64,000 nucleotides of DNA from Podarcis gaigeae. Taxonomy: Eukaryota. The notes under the pieces are model-generated. The model searched no databases. It saw only the letters and a program-made list of their open reading frames with translations, and was not told where the DNA came from. The DNA lies in NCBI GenBank assembly GCA_964106915.2, contig OZ066921.1; one strand, given 5' to 3'. Positions 27,201-38,974 of the stretch are shown piece after piece (position 1 is the stretch's first letter; every line of letters begins with the position of its first letter). Both the position numbers and the translations under genes were made by a program.

Positions 27201-30200
27201 AAGACACAGGGAGCAAGCCCGCCAGGTACTGCTGACTCTGCACCTTAATTTTACTGGGGGTTGCATGGGACCCACTGCCCTGCAAAAGCACCGCAGAAAA
27301 GCAGCCCTTGAGCTCGCCTCCTTTCCTGGTCACAAAGCCTCCAGGACGAGAGGTGGAAGATGATTCCAAGTGCCAGTCACTGGGCAACAAAAGGGACAGG
27401 AGGGAGATGTGCCCTCCCATGTCCTGCTTGTGGGAGACACTTGCCTGCGAGTGTTCCAATTGGAGAACAGCCTTTACCAAAGGTGTCACGGGCTTTGAAG
27501 ACACTCAAACTCAGGATGAAAGGGAGAAACGTGCTAAGAGGAAGGCACACTTGGCAAACCATCACCATGATCAACTCCTGCCCAGAAATCTATGTCCCCA
27601 CTGTGGAAGGATGTGTGGATCCAGAATTCGCTTCCACAGTCACTTATGGACTCATTGTTAAAACCATGTTTATGGAAGACAATCTTACTTGGCTATGAGT
27701 GATCGCCAAAGAAGCAGCAGCAGCAGCACCTTGTGGGGTTCTCACTGAGGTGTCTGGTGGGAATGAGGTGGCCTGGGTGGTTAGATCCAGCATCAGGCCT
27801 CCAGTGCTCTAAGGCACTTCTCTTTCTCCAGCTCTTATGCAGCCTCTTATCTGTGAGTCCACAGCTAACTATGTTGACTGCTTGCCTCCAAATCACCACA
27901 TCCACTTTTGACTCCTCGTTTTCATTGCTCCTTCTCCAAGAATTTTTCCTTCCTCCTGACCATTCTCAGCATACTGATCAACTATCGTTTGTAACTATTG
28001 TAGTTAAAAGTTTTGATGCTGTCATTGTTAAAAGTCAAATCTATAATTACTTCATATAAACGTTATGTATGGATCACTTTCCCCACAAAAGCCTACTTGT
28101 GCCCCAAGGTTACCCTCAGGGAGGAACTTTGAGTGCCCCCATTTCCCCAAAGCAGCAAGTACGGTAACCACCAGGAGAAAGGTCCGTCACAGTGCCAATG
28201 CCTTGCCCTGGCACCTATGCTCAATATCCTGTCAGCACTGAGCAAAGAAAAGTTTTACTCTCTAAGGCATTCCAGCCATGAGTTCCATTCCCAAGGCTTG
28301 GTCTTTGTGCTGCTCTGCCATCTCCTGGTCTAGACTGTTTTATTGTAACATAACATTTCTTAAAAAATGAATACATACAGTTCTGGTTGTTGCCTCATCT
28401 AAAAAAGAGCTGGAAAAGGAGTATGTGGTGGGGGGAGGTTGGGTTGAGAACTTTGCCTGCAAGGCAAACTGCAAAACTAAGATGACCGGGGGGGGGGGGG
28501 GGGAGAGAAGGGAGACTTGAGGAGCTGCAGAATTATGCATGCTGCAGCACAGCCTTTGCCAACCTGGTGCCCTCCATGTGTTTTGGACTACAACTCCCAT
28601 CAGCCCCAGCAACCTTACAGATATGCTAGCTTCCAGGTATACAAGAAACCCAAGGCTGCTGAGAGGGCCACTTTCAGGTTCCATGCTTCCTTTATATACA
28701 CACAAACAGAATGTCATGGCCTGCTCATTTTATGGGGTGAAGGCAAGCTAACTGTCTGGGGCAAATGCCACTCAATTATCACCTCCTCTGCTTCAGCAAA
28801 GTTTTTATCCCACAGGATTCAGCTGCTTTGCTCTTTCTGCCCAGTGGACAATGCCCATCCCAAATGCCCGGAAGGGATCCTGCAAAACTGCTGAGTGCCC
28901 AAAGGCAGAACACCTGCCACTCACCAGCTTCTGCTGCCATTTGAAATCAGATGTTTTGCACAAACTCAAATACTGCCCCTAGAGACAGCCAAAAGCAAGT
29001 TTCATAGCTATTCACAGAATTCAAGTCTAAACAGCATTTGGGTTTGTAAGCTACACTTTGTGGGTTAGAAGGAGGTGGTTTACTATCCCAAGCACAGGTG
29101 TGCTCTCCCACATCACCTCACTGTGGGGGGAATGCATGCAGAAACATGCTCGCTTCATCTGAATGCACCCCCCCCCCCAGTTACTAGCAGGAAAGAACCT
29201 CACATCATTTGAGAGGTGACTCACAGTTCACCAGCTGCTCTGAATTCCTTCTAAGCAGCATCCTCTGCCACCAAAGCCCATGCAGTACTCTGTAAACCAT
29301 GGTTTGCAGCAACTCAATGGCACTATCCAGTCCAACACAAGATCCAAGCATAGGAATGCACAGCAGAATCTCCCCCTCTGTAAAATGCTACAGAGGATCC
29401 CCCAATTTCATTAACAAGAGGCAGTTGTTTTTTACCTGGCTGGTATAAAGACACTGGTGTTGCTGAAATTGGAATCGCCGGAGGCATCCAGGCAGCCTGC
29501 AGGGAGACAGGTGTCAGTTAGCTTGAACATGGCTCAACACTGTCAGAGGAAGACAAAGGGCTGGCACTTGCAAGGACTGCTCCCCAAACAAAATAGTGAT
29601 GTGGCCCCAGGTAAGAATGTTCTGAAAACATCAAGACAGTGAGGTAGTCAGGTCTGTAAATAACATTCAGGATGACGAAAAACAAGCAGCCTCGTTGCTG
29701 AGGTCCATGGTGTAGCTGACACTCTGAGCAACTGCCTAAACGTCTCTGTGGAAGACCTGGCTTCATTTCCAACTGACCCTGCCCTCACCGGGAACCTGAT
29801 CAACAGTTGGTGTTTGCTTCTCTCTCAAGGACAGCATCCTCCACCCTTTTTTTACACACAGAACTGCTTGAGAACAATGCCTTTTAAAACCCAGTCAATA
29901 TAAGACAGGCTAAGTGACTGGAGATACAATTTCCCCACTATGGAGTGATTGGGTGGCCTTGGAACACAGTATCTTGATTGCCTCATCTTTTCCCAGTCAT
30001 TCCGTGGTGTGAAACTTGTACTGTCCTATCTCCACTTGTTTAGCACATTATCCTGCCACTCCCCATGCCTCGTATTTTTCTCAGGTAACCCCTTCTCTCC
30101 AGCCCGACAGAAAGCACATTGCAATACTCCAAAGTCCAGGTCACGAGAGCAGGGATAAGTATCTGTACAAAAAGCCAGACAGAAAGACAGTTTGCTGGGG

Positions 30201-33200
30201 GGGGGGGGGGATAAGGACTTACCGCCCGAGGTCACCTCCTGCTTGGAGAGAGTTTCATCCTGATCACCCTCCATTATCTGGGGGGCTGTTGTGGGCTGCT
30301 TGGTCTCATCAACCTCATCATCTTCCGGAATGACCAGCTTCATGAGGCTCTGGTTGCACACATTGGCCACCTCTTTGATGCCTGCACCCCATGGATGTAA
30401 GGAACATTCACTCCCAAGTCATGTTCCCAATCACCACTGTAGAAGGCTCATACAGAACAGGCCCTATGGCAAGAGTCTAGCCTCAAGTTCTTTCACAGGG
30501 GCCCATAGTCACTAGAACCACAGACAGGGGAGAGGGAGGGGAGGGGGTGCTGGGCCAAGCCAGAAGGGGCCCATCAAGTCCAGCATCTTGTTCTGACCAT
30601 GGCCAACAAGATGCCTCACTGGGAACCCCACAAGCAGGACCTGAGCACAAGAGCATCTTTCCCTACTTGAGATTCCTAGCAGCTTGTATTCAGAGGCACA
30701 CTGCCCCTGATGGTGAAGGAAGAGCATTGCCATTGTGGCTGGTAGGCACCGATAGCCTACTTCATGAATTTGTCTGGTCTTCTTTTAAAGCCATCCAAGT
30801 TGGTGGCTATCACTATTTCTTTTAGGAGTGAGTTCCATAGCCTTTTAAGTGCTAGAAAACTGATTTCAGGCTGATATTTTTAGGCTGGCAAAGGTTGCAT
30901 CAGATATCAGATTTGGCACATGTTTAGAGAACATTACAGCACAAACCCTCTATAAGAAAAAAATAGGGAAGATTCTCAACTCATGGGCCAAAAGGAATAC
31001 TGAAGTATGTTTGATTCCTTCTCATGGCCCAGCCTGAGCGATGCTACATCTTTCAGTAAATATACCCACAAAAGGGGTGTCCACATGAAAATGGCTCTTC
31101 TACTGAAGCCAACCTTTTGCTTAAGCATCCCAGGGAAAGCAATTGTGGGGCTGCTCTGATGTCAAGGAAAGCACAGAAAGTAGAGCTGCTTACGGAGCTG
31201 CCCCCCCCCCAGTCCTTTTCATGATCCACAGGCTCACAAGGAAGCTGCAGCAGCAAAATCCTCCAACGGCATAAACCAGGGCTGTTGACTTAGCCTGACC
31301 CTCCTCCCTCTTTTCTGCCAGATGCTGATGGACATTTCCGAAGGAAGGGATGGGAGGAGGACAGCCTCTGCTGCAAGGATACTCTTCTTCCGGTCATCAT
31401 AGGACAGGCACGGCAGGACAGCTGTCAGGATCCCCGAGGAATATGGCAGCATCACCCGGCCAGCCAGCTGGATGAATTCGCGCATCCAGCACATGGCAGT
31501 CAACTGGATTAGGTCATCTGCAGTCAAAGTGATCAGGAAACAAAAAGGTGGTTTAGCAGAATGTCTGGAAAGGGGTGGATGAGGTGCCTCTCTTTCCCCA
31601 GGAAGCCTTCCCTCCTCTTCCCTCCATCACTGCTGAACAGTGCTGCTTCTGTTCTGCTCCTGTGCTTTGTTTGTCTTGTGGTTTAATTTTAATAGTATTT
31701 GTTTCAGTTGTGATGGTTCTGGAACACACACAAGGATCATACGGTGAAGGGTGGGCTGGAAATACAAATAACTTACCAGAAGCCTGGCAGTGAATCACCA
31801 AGATGTTGGCCATCTCAGCAAACTTGACACTGGAAGGGTTTTTCTTGATCTCTTTCAAAAATTCACCAAGGGCCACTTCACACCTGTTTGCAAGGGGGGA
31901 AAGGCAGGGGGTTTAGAAATAGGTCTTCTGCTATAGGGGAAACAACATGAAAAGGTGTAAAGGGAAGCAGATGCCCCTTTCTGTTCACTCTTTCTCCTCA
32001 CACAGACACGAGGACAGGAGTCTGCTTGCTGGGCATCCAGCACAGGTTCCAGCCTAGAAACTTTGCTTTCTACCAAGACACTTGAACAGAGAGCCCTGAA
32101 GCTGGATCACACTGAGATGGGCCCATCTCACCCAGCATCCTATTCTTCAAGTGGCCGAGCAGACTTCCCTGTGGGAAGCCCTTGAGCAGGACACACAAGG
32201 CAACAGCCCCCTCCTCTCACCCAAAGCTGCTGCTTCCTGTTTAAGAGTGTCAACTGGGTTGAAGCCGAAGGAAATGGTGATGCAACTTATGGAGCACTGC
32301 CCTGGAAACAAGGGGGCAAAGCCTGCGTATCAACAGCCAAGCAGTTATCCCCAGATCCAGCTCTGCACTCACATTTTACGTATCTCCTTGCTGTTGTCAC
32401 CCAGGATCTGGAAGAGGCCATCTAGAATCTCTGGCAGGTAATCCAGAAGGTTGATATCTGGAACTGACTCCAGAACCAAGATCTAACTCAAGGGGAAAAG
32501 ACAAACAAAAGGAAGATGATACAGAAGCGCAGTGGCAAGTAGTAGCATGTGTCTCTTTAGACCTAAACTGGATTTGCCACAAGATGTCAAGTGGTGCTTT
32601 TCGGGTCCTAGAAGCAGCTTGCATAATGGGAGAGGAGGAAGGGGACAGAGAGTGGGGGTAACACCATTTCAGGGGCAACCTTCAGCCAGCCCAGTCTGGC
32701 CTTTAGCAAGTGAGTTTCTAAAGGATATGGGTTGTGTTCTGGAAAATTAGATTATATGCCAGTGGCGGACCTACATTTTGGGGGCCCTGAAGATTGAACT
32801 GTCGTGGGAGCAACCAGAAACAAGATCTAGGTAGCCACTGTTATCATGGATAATGATAATGGGGTTGTTCCCATGACAGATCCCCACACATTCACATCTG
32901 TGCTACTGACTCTCAAACTACGGGATTGTTGAAATAAATACAATAAAGCTCAACTCAAATTGGGTCTACTAGGAGCTAGGGATGCGGGTGGTGCTGTGGT
33001 CGGCGGTTCGAATCAGCGCAACAGGGTGAGCTCCTGATGCTTTGTCCCAGCTTCTGCCAACCTAGCAGTTTGAAGCACATCAGTGCAAGTAGATAAATAG
33101 GTACCGCTGCGGTGGGAAGGTAAATGGCATTTCTATGAGCTCTGGCTTTCATCACAGTGTTCTGTTGTGCCAGAAGCGGTTTAGTCATGCTGGCCACATG

Positions 33201-36200
33201 ACCCAGTAAGCTGTCTGTAGACAAATGCTGGCTTCCTTGGCCTGAAAAGTGAGATGAGTGCTGCACCCCATAGTTGCCTTTGACTGGACTTAACTGTCCA
33301 GTGGCCCTTTACCTTACCTTACTGCTAGAACTAAAAATTTTAAGCAGTGTGGACTAAATTCACTTTTGTGGCCCCTCCAGGATTAAGGGCACTGCAGCTT
33401 AAGCTTCATTCATTTAACAGTAGATCTCCCTGTTATGTACATTCACTCAAAAGAAACAAGACCCCAAAAATCTTTGAAACACATGGAAGATTTGCCTCAC
33501 TAATCATTTAAATTTTTAGCCAGCTCCAGGTTAAAATATGCTCCCCAAAGTATTTGAGTCTGACAAGGTGGAAATCAGCCTTTGCCACTCTGAAAGGTCA
33601 TTTTAGGCCACTAAGAGGCACCTCACATAGAAGAGAGCTGGTGCCTTCAGCACCAGCAAGTCTTCACTGGTAAGGAATTCCACACCTGTAGAAAGTCTCT
33701 CAAAGGCCCTTTTCACGCAGCCAGGTCAGAGCAAGGGACTCCCTTCTACTAAACCTGCAACAGGGCTTGGAAGGAAGGTATCAGGAAGTCAGCAGCTACT
33801 GGTGACAAACTGCAAACAATTGCCATGGAGAAACAAGAAAGGCCTTCCCACAAAGGAACTATGCATCATCTGTTACCAGCAGTTTCTAACAGAGCCATCA
33901 AGAGCAACAATATACACAGCAGCTCCAGCTGCTTCCCAAGCAGGTAACAAGCACCCCCATGCTGCTGTTTATACCACCATCCATTCCAAAGTATCAGAAA
34001 ACACTGAGCTGACAGTTATAAAACACGCTGCTCACTTGAGATGCCAGAGAAACAAATCCCAGCATCAGACCAAAAACACTTACCCAGGAAATGATAAACT
34101 GTCGAGCATACTGGTTGTTGGAGTAGATTCTCTCACGCAGCAGTGGAATGAAGCTCACCAGATCAAAGTTGTTGCTCTCAGTCACGATGTCCTAGAAAGT
34201 CAGAGCCAATGAGCATGAGAATGAGCCTTGACTCCCTTCCTATCGGTGCTTGAACTATACATAAAGTCAAGCACCTTTACCACTCTAGAAAGGAAAGAGA
34301 GCCTTCCAGCCATGCATAAGCTCAGCTTCACCAGCCAGGAGTCTTCCAGATGTTCCGGACAACTCCCATTGGTCACAGCCAGCACAGCTGTTGGGAGCTA
34401 GAGTCCAAAATATCTGGAAGATCTCAGGTGTGCCAAAGGCTGCATTAGCTCCAGACCAACCGCCTGAATCCAAGACATTGTGGTGCTTGAAGGTCCAGCC
34501 TTTTCCTAACAGAGATGTGAGATCTGGCTGATGCTGTCCTACAATCTGCTTCATATGCTTGCTGAACACACCATGATTGCCAACACTTGCCTTTATATTC
34601 CAGTGTAAATGTATGACTTCTCAGCATTTGTAAGAGGATGATCCCTGAACATCCCCCATTTCCAAGCATTCTGCAGAGATTTAATGTCCTTAATTTTCCT
34701 TTTGAACTAATTTCCTTCTTATTGAAAAAAATCCATTTTCCAAAATCCATGCAACTACAGTTAACTTAGTTGGCAAATCTCCAGTCACCTTCATACGTAT
34801 ACAAATGTGAAACATCGCCAACTAAATTAAACATAGTCCCATCTGGTTTCAAAAGAGGAATCCATATGCACACAAACACACTTGGTAACGTTGTGTTCTC
34901 GATCAGTCAACAACATTTGTATCAGGGGCACAGGTCCTGGGGTTAATTATTAAAACCAGCATTAAGTTCCTGGTTGCTGCACTCTTGGAGGCTCCATGAC
35001 CAGAACCTTTCTAAGGCACAGCAGTTTAGTAAACCTAGAACTTCAGATAATTTACTGTGTTCCAAACATGTTTTTACTCTGTTGATGTGAATGTGGTTGA
35101 AATCATGCTCATTACAACACTCTTCCCACACTTCTTTCTCCATTTCCAGTTGATCCTCAGAGTTCTGGTCATGAAATTAGTTTTCATGTTTGGTATTATG
35201 ACCAACAGGGATTCTGTGGAAGAGCTGGTTCCTCTTTCATTTTCTAGTTTTTTGGACTCTATGCCTTCTTTCTCATACAGAGAACAATCACGCCCTGTCC
35301 GGTTTATATAGAGGTTGTGAAGAACCAAATCTTCACAATCTTTTATTTTTTAAAAACCCTGTTTGTTTCCCTTGTACTAGACCAAAGCCTCACACCATTT
35401 AAAATATCTGCTCTTTGTTCTCTGGGGTGCTTGAGAAGTCCTCTGGTGGCTCAGCCAGATGCCCAGGCAAGCGCCAAAGCTGCTTCAGAGGTTTTACTGT
35501 ATAGCTTTTTCTTCCCCTTTCCTATGAAACTCAGATACTCTGTTTCTTCTGGAAGAGGAAGCTCGCTTTCATGTAATTCTGCTTGCTCTTCAGGGAACAA
35601 CCAATCTCAGAGGGCAGTGGGAACAAGGAAGGTGACCTTTGATTTCTAAAGAAGAAGGCTGGTCAGCAGCATCCGCCTTGCCTCTAGAACAAGATGGCTT
35701 GTTTCTTAGCAGTCTAGGATGCAGTGCCAGTAGCTAGAGCATCCAGCCAGAGGTGCATTATGCATGCTCAGTTTGCTTTATGAACTTGGTTTCGGTTTCC
35801 CATAAATTTCTGATTCCCTTAGAAAAATTAACAGAAGCGCTTGTCTGTGAGAGTTGGGTCCACATTCCAGTGTACTTAGTTCCAACACAGTCTCCAGCCT
35901 TCTCAGGTGCTTCATATAAAGCATGAATGGCAGGGCTGCTGAGAACATGATCTCTCTCCTGGCCTGGGACCCTGGCAGACACCCAAACTCACCACTTTCT
36001 GCAAAATTACTTTTCATATTACTCATCACTTCTATCACACCCAGAAGAACATTCTCACTTTTTTAGCACCTTTCTATATTTAAAACTTGAAAACCAGGAT
36101 AGCAGATTCTACATGAGATCGCAAACAAGACTAATGCAGGAAATATGCATCCCTCCACCTGTAACCTATCCCCAGCACATCATGAGCTGTTGTCAGCAGG

Positions 36201-38911
36201 AAGGACTGTACCTTCAGAAGCCGGTCCAGGAGTTCAGATCCACTTTTGACATTTGGGTCTGGATCTGCAGCAAGCTAGGAAAAACAGAGAGAGTATGTGG
36301 TGTGGCTGAGCCGTGTGCATAAGACACTAGTAGTGACTTGACCAAGAGACAACTATTTTCTGTTGGCTGTTGACTCCCAGCAATGGGGCAGGGACACCAC
36401 CTCCTGTCTGACAATAAACTGAGCTCCAGAAATGCCCAGAAAGTGTGCAAAGCCAGAGGCAAGCCCCCACCCACAGGTGCACACCACCATCCGAGCTATG
36501 GTTGCTGTGAGCGATCTGGAAAGCACATTCATGGACCCCTGGACCAGACTCTCCGCCAGGTTCCCAGAGCTCTTCTGCAGACATGTTAGTATTAGGAGGA
36601 TGAACTGGAGTGAAGGCAACAATGTAGGAGGAACATTTTCCTCTAGGGGATGCTTATGGAGATCCTCAGTGCCATATCTCAGCCCCAGTTGTCCAGAATC
36701 AGCACCCACACCTCCAAAGAGCCCCAGAGCGGGAATATACAGGACATCAGAGACCTTACATGTGTGAGACATTATTAGCCTGTCAAGAAAACCCATTACC
36801 TTGCTCAAGCCATCAAACAGCACTTTGAAGTGGGGGAGTACAGAGCCTCTGGCCACCTTCACAATGTTGTACAGGGCCTCACAGGCGTAGTACCGCAAGC
36901 GGCTGTCAGCATCATTGAAGCATGTCAGCACAGGCTCAATGAGCTCCTTCAAGTACAGCCCAGAGTCCTGCAAATCAAAACACAAGGATAAGGGGGGGGG
37001 GGGGAGCCATGGACTTAAGCAGTGGCTACACCAGAGTGGAGCCCCTGCTTTCTTGCAAGTGCACCGGAGTGGGGGTGGGGGCTTGGAATAGGGCCAGCAA
37101 ACCTGGCTGAGAACAGAATGCCCAGGCACTGACTATAGCTGGAGTCACCAACATCATACTTGTGGGCAACATAGATTCCTCAGGCACACAGGTGCTAAAG
37201 TCTCCATCACTTGTACATTTTTAAAAATGAGATGGGAGAGAGTTGTTGTGGAGAGTTGTGTTCTGTGAAATGAACATTTGTTGGTCCCACAACAGTTTCT
37301 TAAGTTTCCAAATGTGTCCTCAAATCCAGAAAATATGGGCACCCCAAACCTAGAGCAAAAGCTCCTTACTATGCAGCAAAGGCAAGAAAGTCCATTTTAA
37401 ACAGTGAGAGGAGATGGGCCAGAATTCAACCTCTTTTCAGGAATGTAGGAAGAGCCGTCACTCTGCTAACAAGAAGTCCCATCTCCCTTGCCTTTTCTGG
37501 CCACTGATGGGAGGGAAGGGAACCTGTCCCCTTCTGACAATGCCAAAACATCCAATAGTGGCTCAAAACCTGGACTTCCTTATTAGCCAAGTAATGTGTG
37601 AATAAGCCTAAATTTTGCCAGGGAAAATGGAAGGAAATTGGTCAAAGGCAGCTGGAAGCAGAACACAGCTTGACTAAATGCTTCCCTACATATGAAGATG
37701 TTACTTGGAGATATTTCTTAACATTGCACCAAATCAGCATTAGAGCTTAATTATTCATAAAACTTTTTTTTGGAGATTGTGATAAATAATTTTGTAACTA
37801 ATTTGGAATCCATTTTTTAGATTTCCAAAGTCATCCATCACAGAATGTCTTCCTCCTCTGGAACAAATGTGAGGTTAGAACAGACAGCCTGTCTCCCTTC
37901 TAACAGAGGACAAGGGCTCATGTCCTCCTATGGGGTGAAAGAAACAGCAACACCACCTACCTTCCCAAGAGCAATGGAGCAGGCTGCCAGGCCAATAAGC
38001 CCCCCTTTTCGACTATGTGGGTGCTGGGAAAGTGCAAACTCCTGAGAAAGAATCTGAATCACATGCTTGATCTGAGCTGTGCTGTTTTGAGCCACAAATT
38101 CACGCACCAGCCTAAAAACAGGAGAATAAGAAGGCTGTATCATGTCTCACCAGGTCCATGTCTGGCTCCAGATTAACATGAGGAATATATTTCTTTTAAT
38201 TTAGCTGGACATTAGCAACCTTGTTTGCCTACAAATGAATCCTCTATGAACAAACGAAACGGAGCCAGAAAACTAGTCCACCTTGCCCAGTTTTGCCCAC
38301 TCAGGCTGACAAGTAGCTTTGCAAGGTACGTGCAGGGAGAAAGGCTTGGTTTTCTCTGTGGCTGGATAAGGCTCCTCCACCATACGAACAGCAGCCTGCC
38401 TCTGTGTCACCTATTTCAGGGCTTGATCTCTATGCCTGGTATGTGGTGGGAGCGGAGAAATACAGGATTGCGAGAAGAGGCGCAACTTCCTCAGAGCTGC
38501 TGTTTGTAGATCCCGCTCTAAACCAGCACTCCCGCCCCTGCTCAGGCCTGCTCCAAGACAAGGATGAGGCCCTTCGGTGACAGGAGCAGGAGCAGCCAAC
38601 GGACCAGCCCTTCAGCAAGGGGAGGCGGGCGCTGAGGAAAGGGCTTTGGCTCAGCGGCTGAAGGCCCGCCAATGGCACCTCAAGGCAGGGCGGGGAAAGA
38701 CCCTGCCGGGCACTACTAATGCGGCTGCTGCTGCCAGTGCGGTGCGAGAAGGGCCCCCTCAGCGGCCCAATAGCGTGAATGGAAGGCAGCCCGCCCCCCT
38801 CGCTCACTTCTCGATTTCCAGCGCCGCCACCTTCCGCTTCTCGTAGAGTTTGTCGTTCAGGGCCCGCACGATGCTCGGCGTCAGCGGAGAGAAGTCCTTC
38901 TCCGGGTTCAT
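2453..38911 (-). CDS. VAC14: VAC14 (PIKfyve complex scaffold), spliced CDS exons 1-14; 3' part lies outside the window
   Basis: 14 exons with consistent phases splice to [35 protein letters not shown]...[12 protein letters not shown] (1667 nt), matching the vertebrate VAC14 protein as I recall it. Confidence 0.98.
2736..2900 (-). mobile_element. tRNA-derived SINE (Squam3-like)
   Basis: Minus strand gtagctcagtggcagagcatc...ggttcaatcccc (A and B boxes), followed by a CR1-like tail. Confidence 0.75.
3669..3828. other. Assembly gap (160 N)
   Basis: Run of N characters. Confidence 1.
10405..10560. mobile_element. Degenerate MITE with inverted ends
   Basis: ccatacatttaaagca ... tgctttaaatatatgg inverted repeats; related to 16376-16664. 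Confidence 0.6.
11275..11900 (+). mobile_element. CR1 LINE fragments (piece of RT domain joined to 3' end)
   Basis: Degenerate EDWK-ANI-PVFK...[19 protein letters not shown], then 3'-end sequence like 1585-1995. Confidence 0.8.
14243..14399 (-). CDS. VAC14: VAC14 exon 13
   Basis: [52 protein letters not shown]; 157 nt; donor GTAAGT. Confidence 0.95.
14480..14640 (-). mobile_element. CR1 LINE internal fragment
   Basis: ttccccagctctacaatatccatttttgagatacggtaaccagaactg; reads as degenerate end-of-RT coding sequence on the minus strand. Confidence 0.6.
15575..15770 (-). mobile_element. MIR-like / L2-tailed SINE
   Basis: Reverse-complement copy of the element at 43680-43880. Confidence 0.65.
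15770..15899. mobile_element. Palindromic hAT-type MITE
   Basis: cctccaggtgttttggactacaactcc...gggagttgtagaagaaacatctggagg hairpin; related partial copies near 3335, 7460, 28550, 34325, 45380, 49395 and 49720. Confidence 0.7.
16376..16664. mobile_element. Non-autonomous DNA transposon / MITE
   Basis: cacaccacgcatttgaagcac ... gtgctttaaatgtatggtgtg inverted repeats. Confidence 0.6.
18250..18294. repeat. (CTG)15 microsatellite
   Basis: Read directly from the sequence. Confidence 0.95.
22074..22114. repeat. (CCTT)n microsatellite
   Basis: Read directly from the sequence. Confidence 0.95.
24215..24280 (-). CDS. VAC14: VAC14 exon 12
   Basis: [22 protein letters not shown]; 66 nt; donor GTGAGC. 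Confidence 0.95.
25065..25788. mobile_element. Non-autonomous Tc1/mariner (Tigger/pogo-like) element
   Basis: Imperfect terminal inverted repeats (TIRs) cagtggtacctcagttttcgaac / gtttgagaaccaaggtaccaatg; TA dinucleotide on both sides. Confidence 0.85.
25927..26071 (-). CDS. VAC14: VAC14 exon 11
   Basis: [48 protein letters not shown]; 145 nt; non-canonical donor AAG/GCAAGT. Confidence 0.93.
27430..27728 (+). mobile_element. RTE-clade LINE 3' fragment with C-terminal C2H2 zinc finger
   Basis: [15 protein letters not shown]...[21 protein letters not shown], then a short UTR and a (GAA/CAG)n tail. Confidence 0.75.
29436..29496 (-). CDS. VAC14: VAC14 exon 10
   Basis: (G)[19 protein letters not shown](S); ctccctgcag/ ... 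/gtaaaa; 61 nt, fits the phases of both neighbouring exons. Confidence 0.88.
30223..30381 (-). CDS. VAC14: VAC14 exon 9
   Basis: (S)[52 protein letters not shown]; 159 nt; donor GTAAGT. Confidence 0.93.
30555..30845 (-). mobile_element. CR1 LINE 3' fragment inside VAC14 intron 8
   Basis: Reverse-complement relative of 1585-1995. Confidence 0.75.
31383..31517 (-). CDS. VAC14: VAC14 exon 8
   Basis: (D)[44 protein letters not shown]; 135 nt; donor GTATCCTT (U12-type). Confidence 0.96.
31777..31883 (-). CDS. VAC14: VAC14 exon 7
   Basis: [35 protein letters not shown]; 107 nt; donor GTAAGT. Confidence 0.96.
32373..32482 (-). CDS. VAC14: VAC14 exon 6
   Basis: [36 protein letters not shown](M); 110 nt; donor GTGAGT. 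Confidence 0.96.
32978..33321 (+). mobile_element. Sauria SINE (Squam1)
   Basis: gggatgcgggtggtgctgtggt...ggttcgaatc...gtgcaagtagataaataggtaccgct...tagtcatgctggccacatgacc...cctttaccttacctta tail. Confidence 0.9.
34084..34191 (-). CDS. VAC14: VAC14 exon 5
   Basis: [36 protein letters not shown]; 108 nt; donor GTAAGT. Confidence 0.96.
36212..36274 (-). CDS. VAC14: VAC14 exon 4
   Basis: [21 protein letters not shown]; 63 nt, AG/GT flanks. Confidence 0.95.
36800..36967 (-). CDS. VAC14: VAC14 exon 3
   Basis: [56 protein letters not shown]; 168 nt, AG/GT flanks. Confidence 0.96.
37961..38111 (-). CDS. VAC14: VAC14 exon 2
   Basis: [50 protein letters not shown]; ttttag/ ... /gtaggt; 151 nt. Confidence 0.96.
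38808..38911 (-). CDS. VAC14: VAC14 exon 1 (coding part)
   Basis: ATG at 38911; [34 protein letters not shown](K); donor GTGAGC; 104 nt. Confidence 0.96.
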
Positions 38912-38942
38912 CGCGCCGGTCGTCCCGCCTTGCCCCGGCCTC

Positions 38943-38974
38943 AAGGAAGGAAGGAAGGAAGGAAGGAAGGAAGG
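38943..38974. repeat. (AAGG)8 microsatellite in the VAC14 5' UTR
   Basis: Read directly; about 30 nt upstream of the ATG. Confidence 0.9.

Noticed and set aside
27308-27661. C2H2 zinc-finger ORF as a host gene
   Set aside because: It fits the C-terminus of an RTE-clade LINE with a short UTR and simple-repeat tail.
28487-28503. Recurrent G/C homopolymers (also near 1343, 30197, 36992, 48793, 53582), some close to splice sites
   Set aside because: They occur throughout the window on both strands with no consistent position, and homopolymer lengths are error-prone.
36353-37129. 258-aa ORF
   Set aside because: It is VAC14 exon 3 plus open intronic flanks.
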